Positions 1 to 12,400 of a stretch of 64,000 bases of DNA are shown here, piece by piece. The DNA is taken from the NCBI GenBank assembly GCA_964188305.1, contig OZ076888.1, one strand, 5' to 3'. Positions within the stretch are counted from its first letter, which is position 1; every line of letters begins with the position of its first letter. Source of the DNA: Podarcis bocagei. Taxonomy: Eukaryota. The notes below the pieces were generated by a model that was not told the DNA's origin, did not search any database, and saw nothing but the letters and a program-made list of their open reading frames with translations. The position numbers were made by a program, and so were the translations under genes.

Positions 1-2199
1 CTACACTTACTGTCAGATGTTCTCCAGGATTTCATGCAGAGGGCTTTCCCAGCTCTTTGTGGAGATAGCAGGGATTGATCCTGGGACCTTCTACATGCAA
101 AACATGAGCTCTACAAGGAAGCTAGTGTTTCCTGTTTCTCACAACCCAGCCCAACAGCAATAGAGATTCCAGCCAGTGCTCCCCACAAGCAAAAGCTAGG
201 CATTCCTGCCCAGAGCGATTTGCCAAGAAAGACTTACAAACTGTGCCAAGTGTTTACTTTTGGTTTTAAAGTACATGCTCAGGACTTCCAAAAAATAAAT
301 TCCAGAAGTGTAGTTGGAAGCATTTAGGTCAGTAGCACCTATATATATATATATATTTAAAGTGCCATGGCACTTTCAAGACTAGTTTATTGTGCTTTCA
401 TAGACAACAGCTTCCTATACCCGAGGCATGAAGTGAGCACTTCAAGTATCATATAAAGCAGGGTGTCAAGTATAAACCTTCGTGCCACACAGTGAAATAG
501 CCACTATGGTGCCAAAGCATTTCAGTGTTTCTGCCAAGGAGTCCTATTAGCCCAATCTCTATTAGAGTGGGTAAAGTTCTCCAGTGGGAACATGCAGAGA
601 TGCATACCCTGTTCAGACCACCATGGACTATAGAGCAGAGCAGACAGTGTGTGCTGCTGGTGGGGTCCGGTCTCGGTGTATGTGCAGGGCTCAGCAAAGT
701 TAAATCCAGTCTCACGGCATCGTGGAGGGACACCTCGGGACACAATTCTTTGTGAAATCAGAGTAGCAACTGCAGAGTGGCTGCCTGGGAGCCCCTAAAC
801 AACACCTCCCAAAATACCCATTTATAGGAAGCATGTGAGGAGGTGTCACCTATCACTTTGGCAGTGCAAGCGCATGGTTTTAATCAGGGCTCTAGCACCA
901 CCAATAATCTGCAAGTTTATGAAAAACCATAATCAACCCGAAGCAGCCGTACACAGAGACTGTACCTTAGATGCTCTCATGTCCACAAAGGCCTCTCTCT
1001 TGCTGAGAAGTCGACTGTTCTGTCTCCAGAAACCCTGCATCAATGTGTGTGTGCACCGCCGCCGATGCCAAATACTGCTGATGAGCTTGTTGGGTTAAAG
1101 CGGTTTCTGCTATTGATCCAACTAATGCAGCTCCAGCAGAGTGAGACTGATCTGAGCCGTCTGGGGTGGGAACCAATTGTGCTCTTGACTGACCTGGACT
1201 AAGAAAAGTCAGGGCAGGTCTTGCGCACATGGGCACACACCACACAGGGTCACATGCACAGACTCAGGCAGCAAAGCCTAAGCTAGCTCAATTCTTATCA
1301 TTTTGCAGGAGACTTAGCAGGGAGGGCCCTTGAACCTGGAAATGGACATGAATTTCTGCACCTAGGTACAGAGAAGGCTGCAATCTCTCTGGCAGCAAAT
1401 GTGGCCTTAGCACATGCTGTGAAGGTATCTGTCCTGGAGCCCACACATGGACCAGAGTACCTGATGATGGTTTGCAGGACAAGTTTCCAATCAAGCAGGG
1501 GCAAAGGAAATGTTCTTGCTAGGACCTAGCCACACATCTATGCACACTGTATCATTTGGATTTTATATTGTTCTTTTATTTTTCTATGGCTTACAATGCA
1601 TCTTCCGCAACAACACACAAAGCTGCATAAAAGTGCTTTTAGTAAATCTGCAATAATAAATAAAATTACTCTGATTTGAAACCTGAGGTGGCAGCCCACT
1701 GACCTCAGAGCAGCCCCAAGCCCAAACTTGTACTTCTGAGCCAGTGGGGAAACAGTAGTTTGCACTTCCAACCTATCTGGTGAGACGGGCCGGACTGGCT
1801 CTTACATAAATCCGGTAGGCGAGTTTCTGGGACATCCCACACACTCTTCCTAAACACGGAGTTAAGGGATCAGTAGAAACCCAAATTGCTCCAGGGAGCC
1901 TTACTCCACCAATACTAACACACATCCCACACGCTCCTCCAAGGAAGTACAGACCACCCAGTAGATTCAGGTCATTTAAAAATCGCCCCAAACCAAATCT
2001 TCCCATCGCTAACAGGAGGGGAAGCACATAGACTACCGTCCGCTCCACTATGCCCTCATCCGGGCCCAATCCTGAAAGATCCGATGCCCACTCAAGACAA
2101 TCAGAGTGGCACCCTATTCCCAGTCTTGACAGTGGTCTCGGTGCCCGATTATGGTGGGAGTTGGGAGTGGGGGATCTGAGACAAGTTAATTCTCCAGCA

Positions 2200-3010
2200 A
2201 AGGGCCCCCAGGGGAGTGTTTGCAAGGGCCCAACCCCGGTTGTGTTTCCAGCGGCCCAGATTCCCTTGCCCGTTCGGGCTGCCACGGCACCGAGAGGGTG
2301 CCTGACCGGCGGCGCTCACCTGCTCGCTTGCGCGGGTGCCCCGGGGTGGTCGGCCGCTCTCGGTGTTGCCTCCCCACGCAGCTGCCCATGGCGACAACCC
2401 CAGGCTGCGATTGCGATGGATCTACCCGCCTGAGCCCGGCTCCGGGCTCTGCCGCTCCGCATGGAGCCGGATCCCCAATCCGCCCTCCGGACGAGCACGC
2501 AAACTTTGTGCGGCGCGGCTGCCGCCTCCGCCTCCCTCCAGACGAGGCTTTGGAGTCTTGCGGAACGGGAGGCGCCGATTAAGGTCTGCTGCCCTCTCAG
2601 GTTGGATCCAGCCCAGGCCGGCCCAGCGGCTCCAATGCCTGCCTCCGCCGTCGTCGCTGCAGCCGCTACTCCGCGAAGAGCTGGGGATCTGAGCCGGGGA
2701 GGATCCCCCGGCCCTGGGAGACACTTCGCGCTCCTCCTCCTTCTCCAGGTGAGCATGTGACTCGGCGGCAGGAGCCCGGCCTCCACTCCGCCCTCTCTCT
2801 GCCAGCCCCAGGAAGAGGATCGTCCGTGACCCGGGCTACCACTCTGCAGGGGGCGGGGGCGGGAGAAAGCGAGCAGAGCCAGCGCCCCCGACAGCGGGAG
2901 CCGGCCTGGGCTCGTAGCGGGCGGCTGCTAGCCGTCGCCCCCCGTTCACTTGCTCCTCAGTCGCCTCCTAAAACTCTCACGAGGCGCGACCTCCAGGCCC
3001 AGTTTAGGGC
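2200..3010. promoter_or_regulatory. CpG island / UBTD1 promoter and 5' UTR
   Basis: Very GC- and CpG-rich block around UBTD1 exon 1, with GC boxes (GGGGCGGGG near 2849-2863) and an abrupt switch to AT-rich sequence at ~3020. Confidence 0.8.
2320..2389 (-). CDS. UBTD1: Ubiquitin domain-containing protein 1, first coding exon (70 nt); the rest of the gene lies left of the window
   Basis: Translates MGSCVGRQHRERPTTPGHPRKRA+G, matching the remembered human UBTD1 N-terminus (MGNCVGRQRRERPAAPGHPRKRAG). Ends at a CAG|GTGAGC donor (2320/2319), lies in a CpG island, and is divergent from MMS19 as in human. Confidence 0.93.
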
Positions 3011-4466
3011 AGCCAGCTTTGTAATGTTTTATTTTGAAATCTTTTAAGATAATATTTTAGTTTTCTGTTAATTATGTTGCTTTGACTGTATACTCTATAT
3101 CTGACTTTCTTCAGATTGTTTTATTGATGTTTTAATATTCTGTAAACCGCTGAGATTTTTTTTTTAAATATAAAGTGGTATAGAAATGAAATTAATAATC
3201 ATAATAATAATTTGCAAAGGCTGGCTCTTTATATGCCAACAAATGCTAGAGCAGTCGGACGGCCCTGCTGGGGTTCGCATTCCAAAGTCCTGTTACCTTG
3301 CAGAGGAGCCGGCTTGCCCAGCAATAATCTGTAACAGGCGATGTTGTTGTACTGAACGGGAGTTGGATTTAGCAAGACTGACATGGCAGTCTACCCTGTG
3401 GGCAGTGGAAGAGCCTTGCCTTTGCCCTGGGTGCATAGGACTCCCTTTCAAAACATGAAAGGGAGCCACCTTCCTTCCTTCCAATCCCTTGGTTTTTTGT
3501 TTTTGTTTTTAAAAATACCCGCCTTTTTCATGAAGCTTTTCAACCCTCAGCCTTCAGCCCCCTATTTACTATGATGGGGCTGGGGAAATACTTTGGTCAA
3601 GGGTGCGCCTTTACTTTTATTACTCTGTAAAGCAGCGTGTTATATTGATGTACATATTAACGATAATTTAGTACAGTATTAGTTGAACAATTTAGATAGC
3701 TACAGCCTGGCGGGGGAGAGGTTCTCTGTATCTGCTTTTGAGGAGGAGTGATGATGGAACTAATGCTCTCTCAGACCTGTCAGTCTTAGGCCTTGATTAT
3801 CACTGGGAAGCCAGCTTAGTGCCGCAGAGGTGTCCACTGGGAAAGCTGACCATGGTTATATAATAATGCTGGATGCTATGAAGACAGGACTTTGCAAGTT
3901 CAGGATTTTGTTCTGATCTCTGGTGTCAATTACCATTCTGGCCAACCCCAAATGGGGTCACACACATTCAAATCCAGGTGTCGCTTTCTCAGGCTGTTAG
4001 TCCCATTAAGAGTGTTGGATATGTCATTACTATCCTACTTCTTCCATTATATCTCTTATCTCATAACTATTCCTTTGAAGGTAACGCTGCGTTGGTAAGT
4101 GGTGCAGCTAGGTAATTTTAGACCTTTTAGACTTAATGACCTTTCTGAAGTATGTGTGAGTTGTGTGTGTGGTTTAGATAGTTGTCTGTATACCTCAATT
4201 GAAGTACACAATTAACATGCCTCTTCTCACCCCAACTGTTATCAGTGCCTTACAACTGCTATGATGTTGAAGCAAAAGAGAGAAAACTTTGCTAATCCAG
4301 ATACTAAAGAAATTTAAAAAGAGCATGCAGACTTTTGCTTTTTGAAAACTTGAGCACTTAAATCATAGCACCATCATAACTATAGGAATAGTGTTGCCCT
4401 GATGCAGAATACATTTGCTTGGGAATAAGCACTGTTTTGTTGTAGAAAAGGATAATGTATTTTAAA

Positions 4467-4578
4467 AGAAGAAGAAGAAGAAGAAGAGTTTGGATTTGAT
4501 ATCCCGCCTTTCACTCCCCTTCAGGAGTCTCAAAGCGGCTAACATTCTCCTTTCCCTTCCTCCCCCACAACAAACACA
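4467..4578 (-). mobile_element. 3' end of a SINE with a (CTT)n tail (Squam3-like, name tentative)
   Basis: (AAG)n followed by GAGTTTGGATTTGATATCCCGCC...TCTCAAAGCGGCT. Confidence 0.6.
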
Positions 4579-5139
4579 AATGTCCTTATTTATTTAAAAT
4601 CTTTACATGCTGTTTTTAATTTGAAACCACAAGATGGTGTACATTTTTTAAAAAATACATTACAATATAAAATAAAGCAGCAGTTGATAGGCCAGGGCAG
4701 ACATAACTTAAAAAAAATAAAACCAACATATATAAATAGCCAGCAAAGGCCTGAGAAAATTAATTAGTTTTTAGTAAATGCCAAGACAACATTAGTGTTG
4801 GTGCTTTGCATTAGTTCAGAGGGCAAGCTTTCTCTGACCTTTGCTCAGGGGAAAAGATTAGATGTGCATATTTATCCTACTGAAAAATACCCTAACCATT
4901 TGCACACTGTAAGCATTAAATGTACTGGAAATGTACTGTAATTGTTCATTCTTTAGCACTGGAGATGGGACTTCTTTATGAAGGTGGCAATGATAACCAG
5001 CAAAGACAGCAGACTTCTGAAAGATAAATAGGTGGAGCAGGATGCTGGGTGCTGAGATCTGTCCATTCCACCACTAACACCAAACCACAATGATCCCTGT
5101 CCTGATCACTGCATTCCTCCTCCTCCTCCAAGTGTATTG

Positions 5140-6400
5140 CAGTTCGCGGGTAGGTGGGCGGATACATGTGAGAACCGCTGCCATAATTTATACTTGGAGC
5201 GTGGACGGCTAAAACGATTTCCTCACAGAAACCAGAGGTCTGAGTGTTTCCTTCCTTGGATGCACGTGTTTTGCCCGCTTGCCTGGTATTTTTAGGCCTC
5301 CTAAAGCAAATGGAAAACAATTCTGCATCTTGGCACTAAGCCGCCGCTTCTAATAACAAAATCATAAAAGTGCGCGTGGCATTCTTTGTATATCCGGGGA
5401 TGGCATTCCGAGAATGAAGAGCCTCTACGTCTCCAGCAGACGCAACGCAGCGCTCTTCTCCTCCTTCGAGCGCGTGGAAGCCTGTTCGCATCGGCGGGAT
5501 GGTTGTGTGAAGCCGCATTGAGCTTCACTTCTGCGCTTCCCGCGTGTTGGGCGCCCTCTTAACGCAAAGCAAAACCCACCCCTTCCGTGACCCGGCCTAA
5601 GGCGCCCGCCCTGACCTTTGACGGGCTTGCCCGCCACCTCCCTTCGGGCTGCGCCCCTGCCTTTCCACGGCCCTTCCCGCGAACTGCGCCCATTGCTGGA
5701 GTGGCTTCTTGCCACGTGATGCCCACTTTGCCCCTGTCGTTTTCACACGTGACAGAGGGGACGCGCACGCGCGTTGTGCGCTTCTCGCCTGCCCTGCTAT
5801 TCTCCGCTCTATCATGGCGGCCGGTGGGGCTGAGGTGGACGTGGGGGCGGACGCGTCCCTGTTGCCGGGCTGGGAGCGGGAAGGCGCGGCCAGAGAGGCG
5901 GCGGAAGGTGCGTGTGGGGATAGGGCGGGGGGCAGAGGCCAGGGCCGGGGAGCAGGCGGCGGGCTCCGGCAGTGCCGCAGGCGGGGCGGGAGGGGAACCG
6001 AAACGGCGGTTCGAGGGGTGGTCTGCGGGGACGGAGGAGGAGGTGAGCTTAGGTGTCAGGGAGAAAGATCGCCCAGTTGGATCTGTGCTCAGGATCGGAA
6101 TTCACTGTCGGAATTCATTCGGGGGAGTGTGTAAAGGAATGCAAACGAGATTCTCTGGGCGTGTGCAGAGTGCCTCTGCCTAACTTCATTCCATCCACCC
6201 ACATCGGGATCAGGCGTACTGGCATTAATTAGGGCTAGTCGGGCATGCGGTAACGGTGGGCGCATGCAGGGTGTTGATCGGGCGAGGCAGTGTGACGCAC
6301 GGGATTAATTAGGGGCAAAGTAACGAGCTGTTTCGCCTCCTGAAGATTATTTCAGAGACGATAATGAGCTGGACGCGTGTGTTGAGGTTGGGTAGGAGGA
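5140..6400. promoter_or_regulatory. CpG island / MMS19 promoter with two E-boxes
   Basis: CpG-rich; CACGTG at 5713-5718 and 5746-5751, just upstream of the ATG at 5814. Confidence 0.8.
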
Positions 6401-9400
6401 GGCTGCTGTGGGCAAGGCTGACTAGTGATAAAACCATATGTGTGTTTGCAGGAATGTACTTTTCCAGGGGATCAGATCAACAGAAAGCCCGACCTGGGCA
6501 TACTCAATATAATTTCCTGTTTCCTTGACCTGTTCTTTTCTACCATTCATTAATGTACCGTATTTCCTTTGCCTGTACTGTAAAACTATGAAAAGATAGG
6601 GAAACCTAACCCTTAATCACCCAAGCTACCTTAAAAATACAAGAGAAGAACGAATCATTTAAAGACTGTTAAAGGATTTTGAAGTGTTCTTGAGTTTCTA
6701 TCATTATGAAGAGGCATACTTTTCTTCCTGGAAACACTGGCTTGTTTACGTAACGTTTTATAAGAAAATATAGGTGGTTTATCATAATTCAGATGACTAT
6801 TTGTGGTGTGGTAGCCACTTAGGAATTCATCATGATGTAGCTGCAGCTGTATGAAGAGCTGCTTTACCATGTTTCCACATGAAGGCAAGTTAACCCATAT
6901 AACTCTGTGAGTTTTGGAACTCAGGACTCCTAGATTTCTGAGGGGTGAGTAGTACTTGTAAGGCTGTTTGTAGCACAGCTACAGCTTTTGCCAATGCTGC
7001 AAACTTTAGTAGCATTGGTGAGGTTCATAATAGGTATTGTAAGTGTAGACCTGCAACAAAATTTGATAATTTATGGTAAGGCATGTAATATACATAGGGA
7101 CCAAAAAACAAACTAAACACATTGTTTTCATTTAAATACTCACTGTGGCCTTCTGAAAAACATGCATGGGAATGGAAGAAGATGGAAGGACAAAGAGTGA
7201 AGCTTTAAACTTTTCTCTTGTCAATCAACCATGCTTCCTCATCCTGACCTAAGGAGATCTGTGTATGGAAACAATGATCCACATGGATATCTCTAACTCT
7301 CACTGGATCAGGGACTGTGTGAATGAGATGACATCCACATGTAGATGTCATCTGCATTTAGATATTTGTACTATTTATTCCAACTTCATGAACCACGAAA
7401 TTATGCTTGCACAGATAGATCTTCAGTTAACTCCCAACTCCAGAGGCTGAGGGCATTGTGTTTCTGTGTGCTGCTTTCTGTTGCCAGTATTGCAGAGCAG
7501 CATGGGGGCATTGTGCATGTGCAGCCCTTGAACCCTGCTTGTGTTTTGGAAGAGCTGAGGATCTCTAAAGACAAACCCAATATTGTCTTGCTTATCTCAG
7601 GGTCCCCCAGTATGTAAGAACCTGTCACTGCCTTCTCTTTGGGCTCATTTTGGCATCCAATGTGTATGCATACAGGACACCAACTTTACTAATGGGAATA
7701 ATGATATACTGAACATAGTTAACACATCTGAACTTGCCCCAGATACAGCTGAGAAGAGGACAGGAGTGCAGTAACTTTTAAACAACCTTCCTTTTAAGCA
7801 ACACAGGCTCTCCAAATGAGGTTCTGGACCAGCCTTCAAGTATAGATGTGTTCTTGGAAATATGGTTCTCCTGGCTTTCAGAACGGCTTCCTAAGAAAAT
7901 AAATCTTGCAGCTCTTTAATTGGTACGCCTTGTACTTTTGAGAGTGAGATGCTGATAAAAAGAATAGAATGCAGGATTTATAATTGGTTCATTCACACTG
8001 CTCTTTCAGCACTCTATCAGCTGTTTTAACAAATTGTGCCAAACTTGATTGAAGATATTCTGTACTCCCATGCTGTCTCCTCCCACCTCCCCATTCTAAT
8101 TGTAAGAGAGATAGTATTTTCAAGTGACAGGTTGTTTCATGCCTTTATCTAGAGAAAATGAAGGAGGCTGCTGGACAGCTCTCCCCACTGCTAATGAGGT
8201 GATTTGAGAACTGCTCAGCAGGGATGGGATGGTTGCCACTGGCTTCTTGATTTGCAGTTTCTGAAGTTGAACTTTGGAATAACTTAAAATAAGTTTTCAA
8301 AATTCAATTTAAACATTTAAATTTGTGAAATGTGGGTGGCAGTTTAAATTTCAGTGGTAGAACTTCTTTTTGTAAACCACTTTGAGATTTTTCTGCCATC
8401 AAGTGGCATATAAATGTTATGAAATAAATAAATCTTCTGCATCTGGATGAAATTTTGCATAATTTAAAATGTATTGTGCAACTCTAAAAATTAAGCTGTC
8501 TGTGCAACATAGGCAAATGGTCCAGAGATACATACATACATACATACATACATACATACATAATGTCACTAGGGGAACAGATGACTAAAGTCTTTTGAAA
8601 TTTTGGGAAGCTTTAAAATGTATTGGCTATATAGTGTAATTTTAAGCAAACTTACTCAGAAATAAGTCTCATTGGACTCTTTGGGTTTTACTTCCTAATA
8701 AGTGTGTTTATCATCACAGCCATAATCTGAGGTCAAGCAGCTGTTGTCCTTAAGTGAGCACTCAAGTGGCAAAGACATACCCACAGACCCAAGCAGCCAC
8801 TGCCTTTTCAGGCTCATTGCAACCCTTTGTGATAAGGCCAACTCACTGCTCCTGGACTCCTGCAGGGATGCAAAGTCCTCATGTTTGGAGTTGCCAGCAG
8901 GCATGCAGCAACACAGTGCAGTATAATGACAGGTGCCCTTTCCTCTTTGTCACTGGGAATGCAGGTGAGTGCTCAAGTGAATTGAGTAAAGGAGGGCAGC
9001 TACCCATGAACTGCTAATCACAAGGTTGATTAGGACAAGCTGACCGGGGCTTTTTCCTCTGGTGTAAAAAGAAAGTGTATTATGCCACCGTTTAGGGTTG
9101 GGGACAGGGTTAAGCAATGTTTGCCTTGAGTCACCTGTGTATCCCAGTCTTTCAAACAGGTGTATACAAACACATGCATTTTTGCTTGTGTAAGAGGTTG
9201 TTTGAATAGTGATCTGGCAGGCTACTTTCCCTGGAGAACACACCATCCTCAGACGAAAAGCTAACTAAGTCAACTGTGCCTTGCTCACTGCCAGCAGTTG
9301 TTGCTCTGCTTCTGTATGCTGTCTTTGTGATTTCTGTAGCACTCGATAAGCTTTTAAGTAGCTGTATGAGCACCTGCTTAATTAAGTCTTACTTGGTCCA

Positions 9401-12400
9401 AGGCATATTAATTAAATGAACTGCACAGTATCTCAGAGATGTGTCAGTACTAGCTTGAGAACTGATGTTCCTTTGCCATTCACTTTTGCAATTAGACCTT
9501 TTTACAAATAGTTGGGAAAGGTTGCCTGTTTTGTTAAGGGCCTATAGCAGGGGTAGGCACCCTGACACTTCCTAAAATTTCTGGATTCCATCTGTCCCAT
9601 CCAGCATGCCTAATGGTTAGGGGTGATAGGAATTTTAGTCTAGAACATTTGGAGACCACATGGTTATCTACCGCTAGCCTAGAGAGGCAGTATGCTTCTT
9701 GGCTATTATTTTCCTGGCTGGAAGAAGCATTGCAAGGAATCTTAGCTAACCCTTCCATTTTCAAAAGACTAGGACAGACAGACTAGCACGGTGTTGCTTG
9801 CTTGTGGTGGGGGAAGAGCACTGTACTGGAGAAGCAGAGATGTGGAGGGCAAATGCATCTTCCCACTTCTTTTCCTGTAGTTTAAATGCTTTTCAATTTG
9901 TGATAAGTATAAGAAACTGCCTTATACCAATTGAGCCATTGTGCCATACAAGCAAAAGGTCCATTTAACTGGATATGCCTGGAAGGAAATTTGGGACCTT
10001 CTGTATGCAGATCATGTGCTCTGCCTCTGAGCTGTGCAAACTAGAAAGGCAAGTTGCACTGTACCTGAAACATGGATTCCCATGTCTAAATTTGTTTTAA
10101 GAAGTGCTGCTTAGTATGGTGTAACTAACTACCTATCGTGATTTAACCTTTTGATACTTCCTTTTTCTTAGGAGTAAAAGCTGGGACCTGCACCATCTTA
10201 GATGTTGTTGAAAACTTGGGGTAAGTAAGTAAGTAAGTAAGAGCTTACTGCTCTGGGATGTATGTATACCAGTGTCGAGGATGACTCTTTGCACTACTGC
10301 AACAACATTAGAATTTTGTTCAGTGCTTAATGCCTGCCTGATGGATGCCCTTTGTCCATGCTGGGCAAAATTCCATTCAGATAAAATGACTTACATTATT
10401 AGGGTATCGTGAAACTTTGGAATAGCATTGTGGGTTTGGTGGTGATAATGTGTAGCATTTTGCTATCCTGACATTGGGATGAATTTCAGCTGCATTGCAT
10501 AACTAAAGGTTTTGGGTTACATGCTTTCAGGTCTTCCCAGTATTTCCCTTGCAATCTGAGAGGAGAGTGCCTCCATGGCAGTTAGGTGTACATATTGTTA
10601 GCAGAGCAGTTGCTAGCGCCTCCATTTAGTCAACCAGATAAACTGCAGGGTACTCTTATGGGTAGATATTTGGCCTAGGCTGGTGGCTACATTAAATGGT
10701 GGTGGTAAGCCGTCCTCTCAATGTAGCATCAAGGTTAAATTTGGATTGCAAGCCAGGAAATCATTGTTTAAATTTTACCTTGACCACAAATTTACTAGAC
10801 AAGTAGTTATTCTCTCAAATGCTCTCCCTCCACACTCCCTTCACATTCCTAATATGAGTATATTGCTCTGGTGGGAATCAGCCTGAAAGGGAAAAATGAA
10901 AACTCCCTTTCTTATCCTGATGGTCAGACTGCCAGATGTAGTCATTGCTCATTGCAAGGAAGTGTCTGTCGAGTGAAGAGCACCTCTGTGGTGAACCAGA
11001 ACAGAGCAAAGAAGAATATATTGACACGTCAGTGTTCTTTAAACAACTGCAAACGTTGTTTTTTGTGTATATATCTCAGATAGTGCAGAAGCATTTTAAC
11101 TGTTAATCTAATTTGTGCTTTGGGTTCATTATTGTGGTTCCCACCAACCTTGAATTCATTGGAATTTAAACCAGGCACAGGGAGCCTTTGGCTCTCCAGT
11201 GTTGTTGGACCACAGCAGCCTTTATCATCTCTGACCATGGCCCATCCTGGCTGAGACTGGTAGGCGCTGAGGTCTTAGAACAACTAGAAGGCCACAGCTT
11301 CTTGATCCCTACCTTAAACTGTATAGCAGTCTTCTATCGGCAGTAATGTGCCAGTAGCTGATGCTGAGCATATTGTGGCAGGGTTAGACATCAGCACAGG
11401 CTACCATGACAAAATGGTTGGCTACAAAATCCAAGTCATAGGTTGCATTCAGATATTGCTTTAATTGAGATACTTTTGGGGCCATTCGGTGAAGAGTGGG
11501 CTATAAGTACAAATTAAAAATAAATAAGCAAATCAATTCAGATTGAGCCTAGCCTCCCCACAGACTTCACACTTACCTGGCCCCCACGCCTCATTCAGCA
11601 TAGTCACCACTTGATTGAAAACTTTCACTTCATTTTTAGATTAATCATGGTTTAGTATGTCATGTGAACCCAAAACTGTAGTTAATCTTAATAGTTAGTG
11701 AAAACAAGCCAACTTCATTAACTGTGATTTGAAGCTGGCTTGTTTCCACTTCTCACAGTGAAGATTAACCACAGTTTGTCAAGGTTTAAGTGATGCAGCG
11801 AGCTTGTAGTTAATCAAGAAGAGAAGCCAAAGCTTCTGAACTCCTGTTGCCCAGACGATGGTCAGATGATGGAGGGGCCTAGGCTCCATTTCCCTAAAGC
11901 TAAACTAGCCCAAACCAGCCAATAAATCATGATGCCTTGGACAAAAGGGAGGAAGCCAAACACATAATGTAGGGACATAGGAACCTGCCTTGGGCAGAGT
12001 CAGATCATTGGTCCATCTAGCCCAGTATTGTTGACAGTGACTGGCATTGGCTTTCTGGGGTTTCAGGCAGGGAGTTTTTCCCAGCCTTACCTGGAGAAGC
12101 CGGGGATTGAAACTGGGACTTCTGCTTGCACAGCAAGTGCTCTTCCACTGAGCTACAGCCTTTCTCCTAATCACTTTTATGTTGGCCCATAATTTATGAA
12201 GCCCTGAGCAAATGGAAGGGAAACTGATCACTTAACTGAATCGTCAAATTAAATCAGAATATTGTCTCTCTTTGCCCCCCCCCCCAACATATTTCACTGA
12301 TTCTCTTTCTGCTATGGCCTGTAAAATCTTCATTTTGTGTCTATAAATACAGGTCTCCTCTTAAGAATGCAGATCCTCGAATGCGTGCACAGGGCATCCA

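Noticed and set aside
1773-3047. Many overlapping ORFs in the UBTD1 island (likewise 5300-6183, 38847-39937, 52144-52966)
   Set aside because: Expected in GC-rich islands; only the exon segments called above resemble known proteins.
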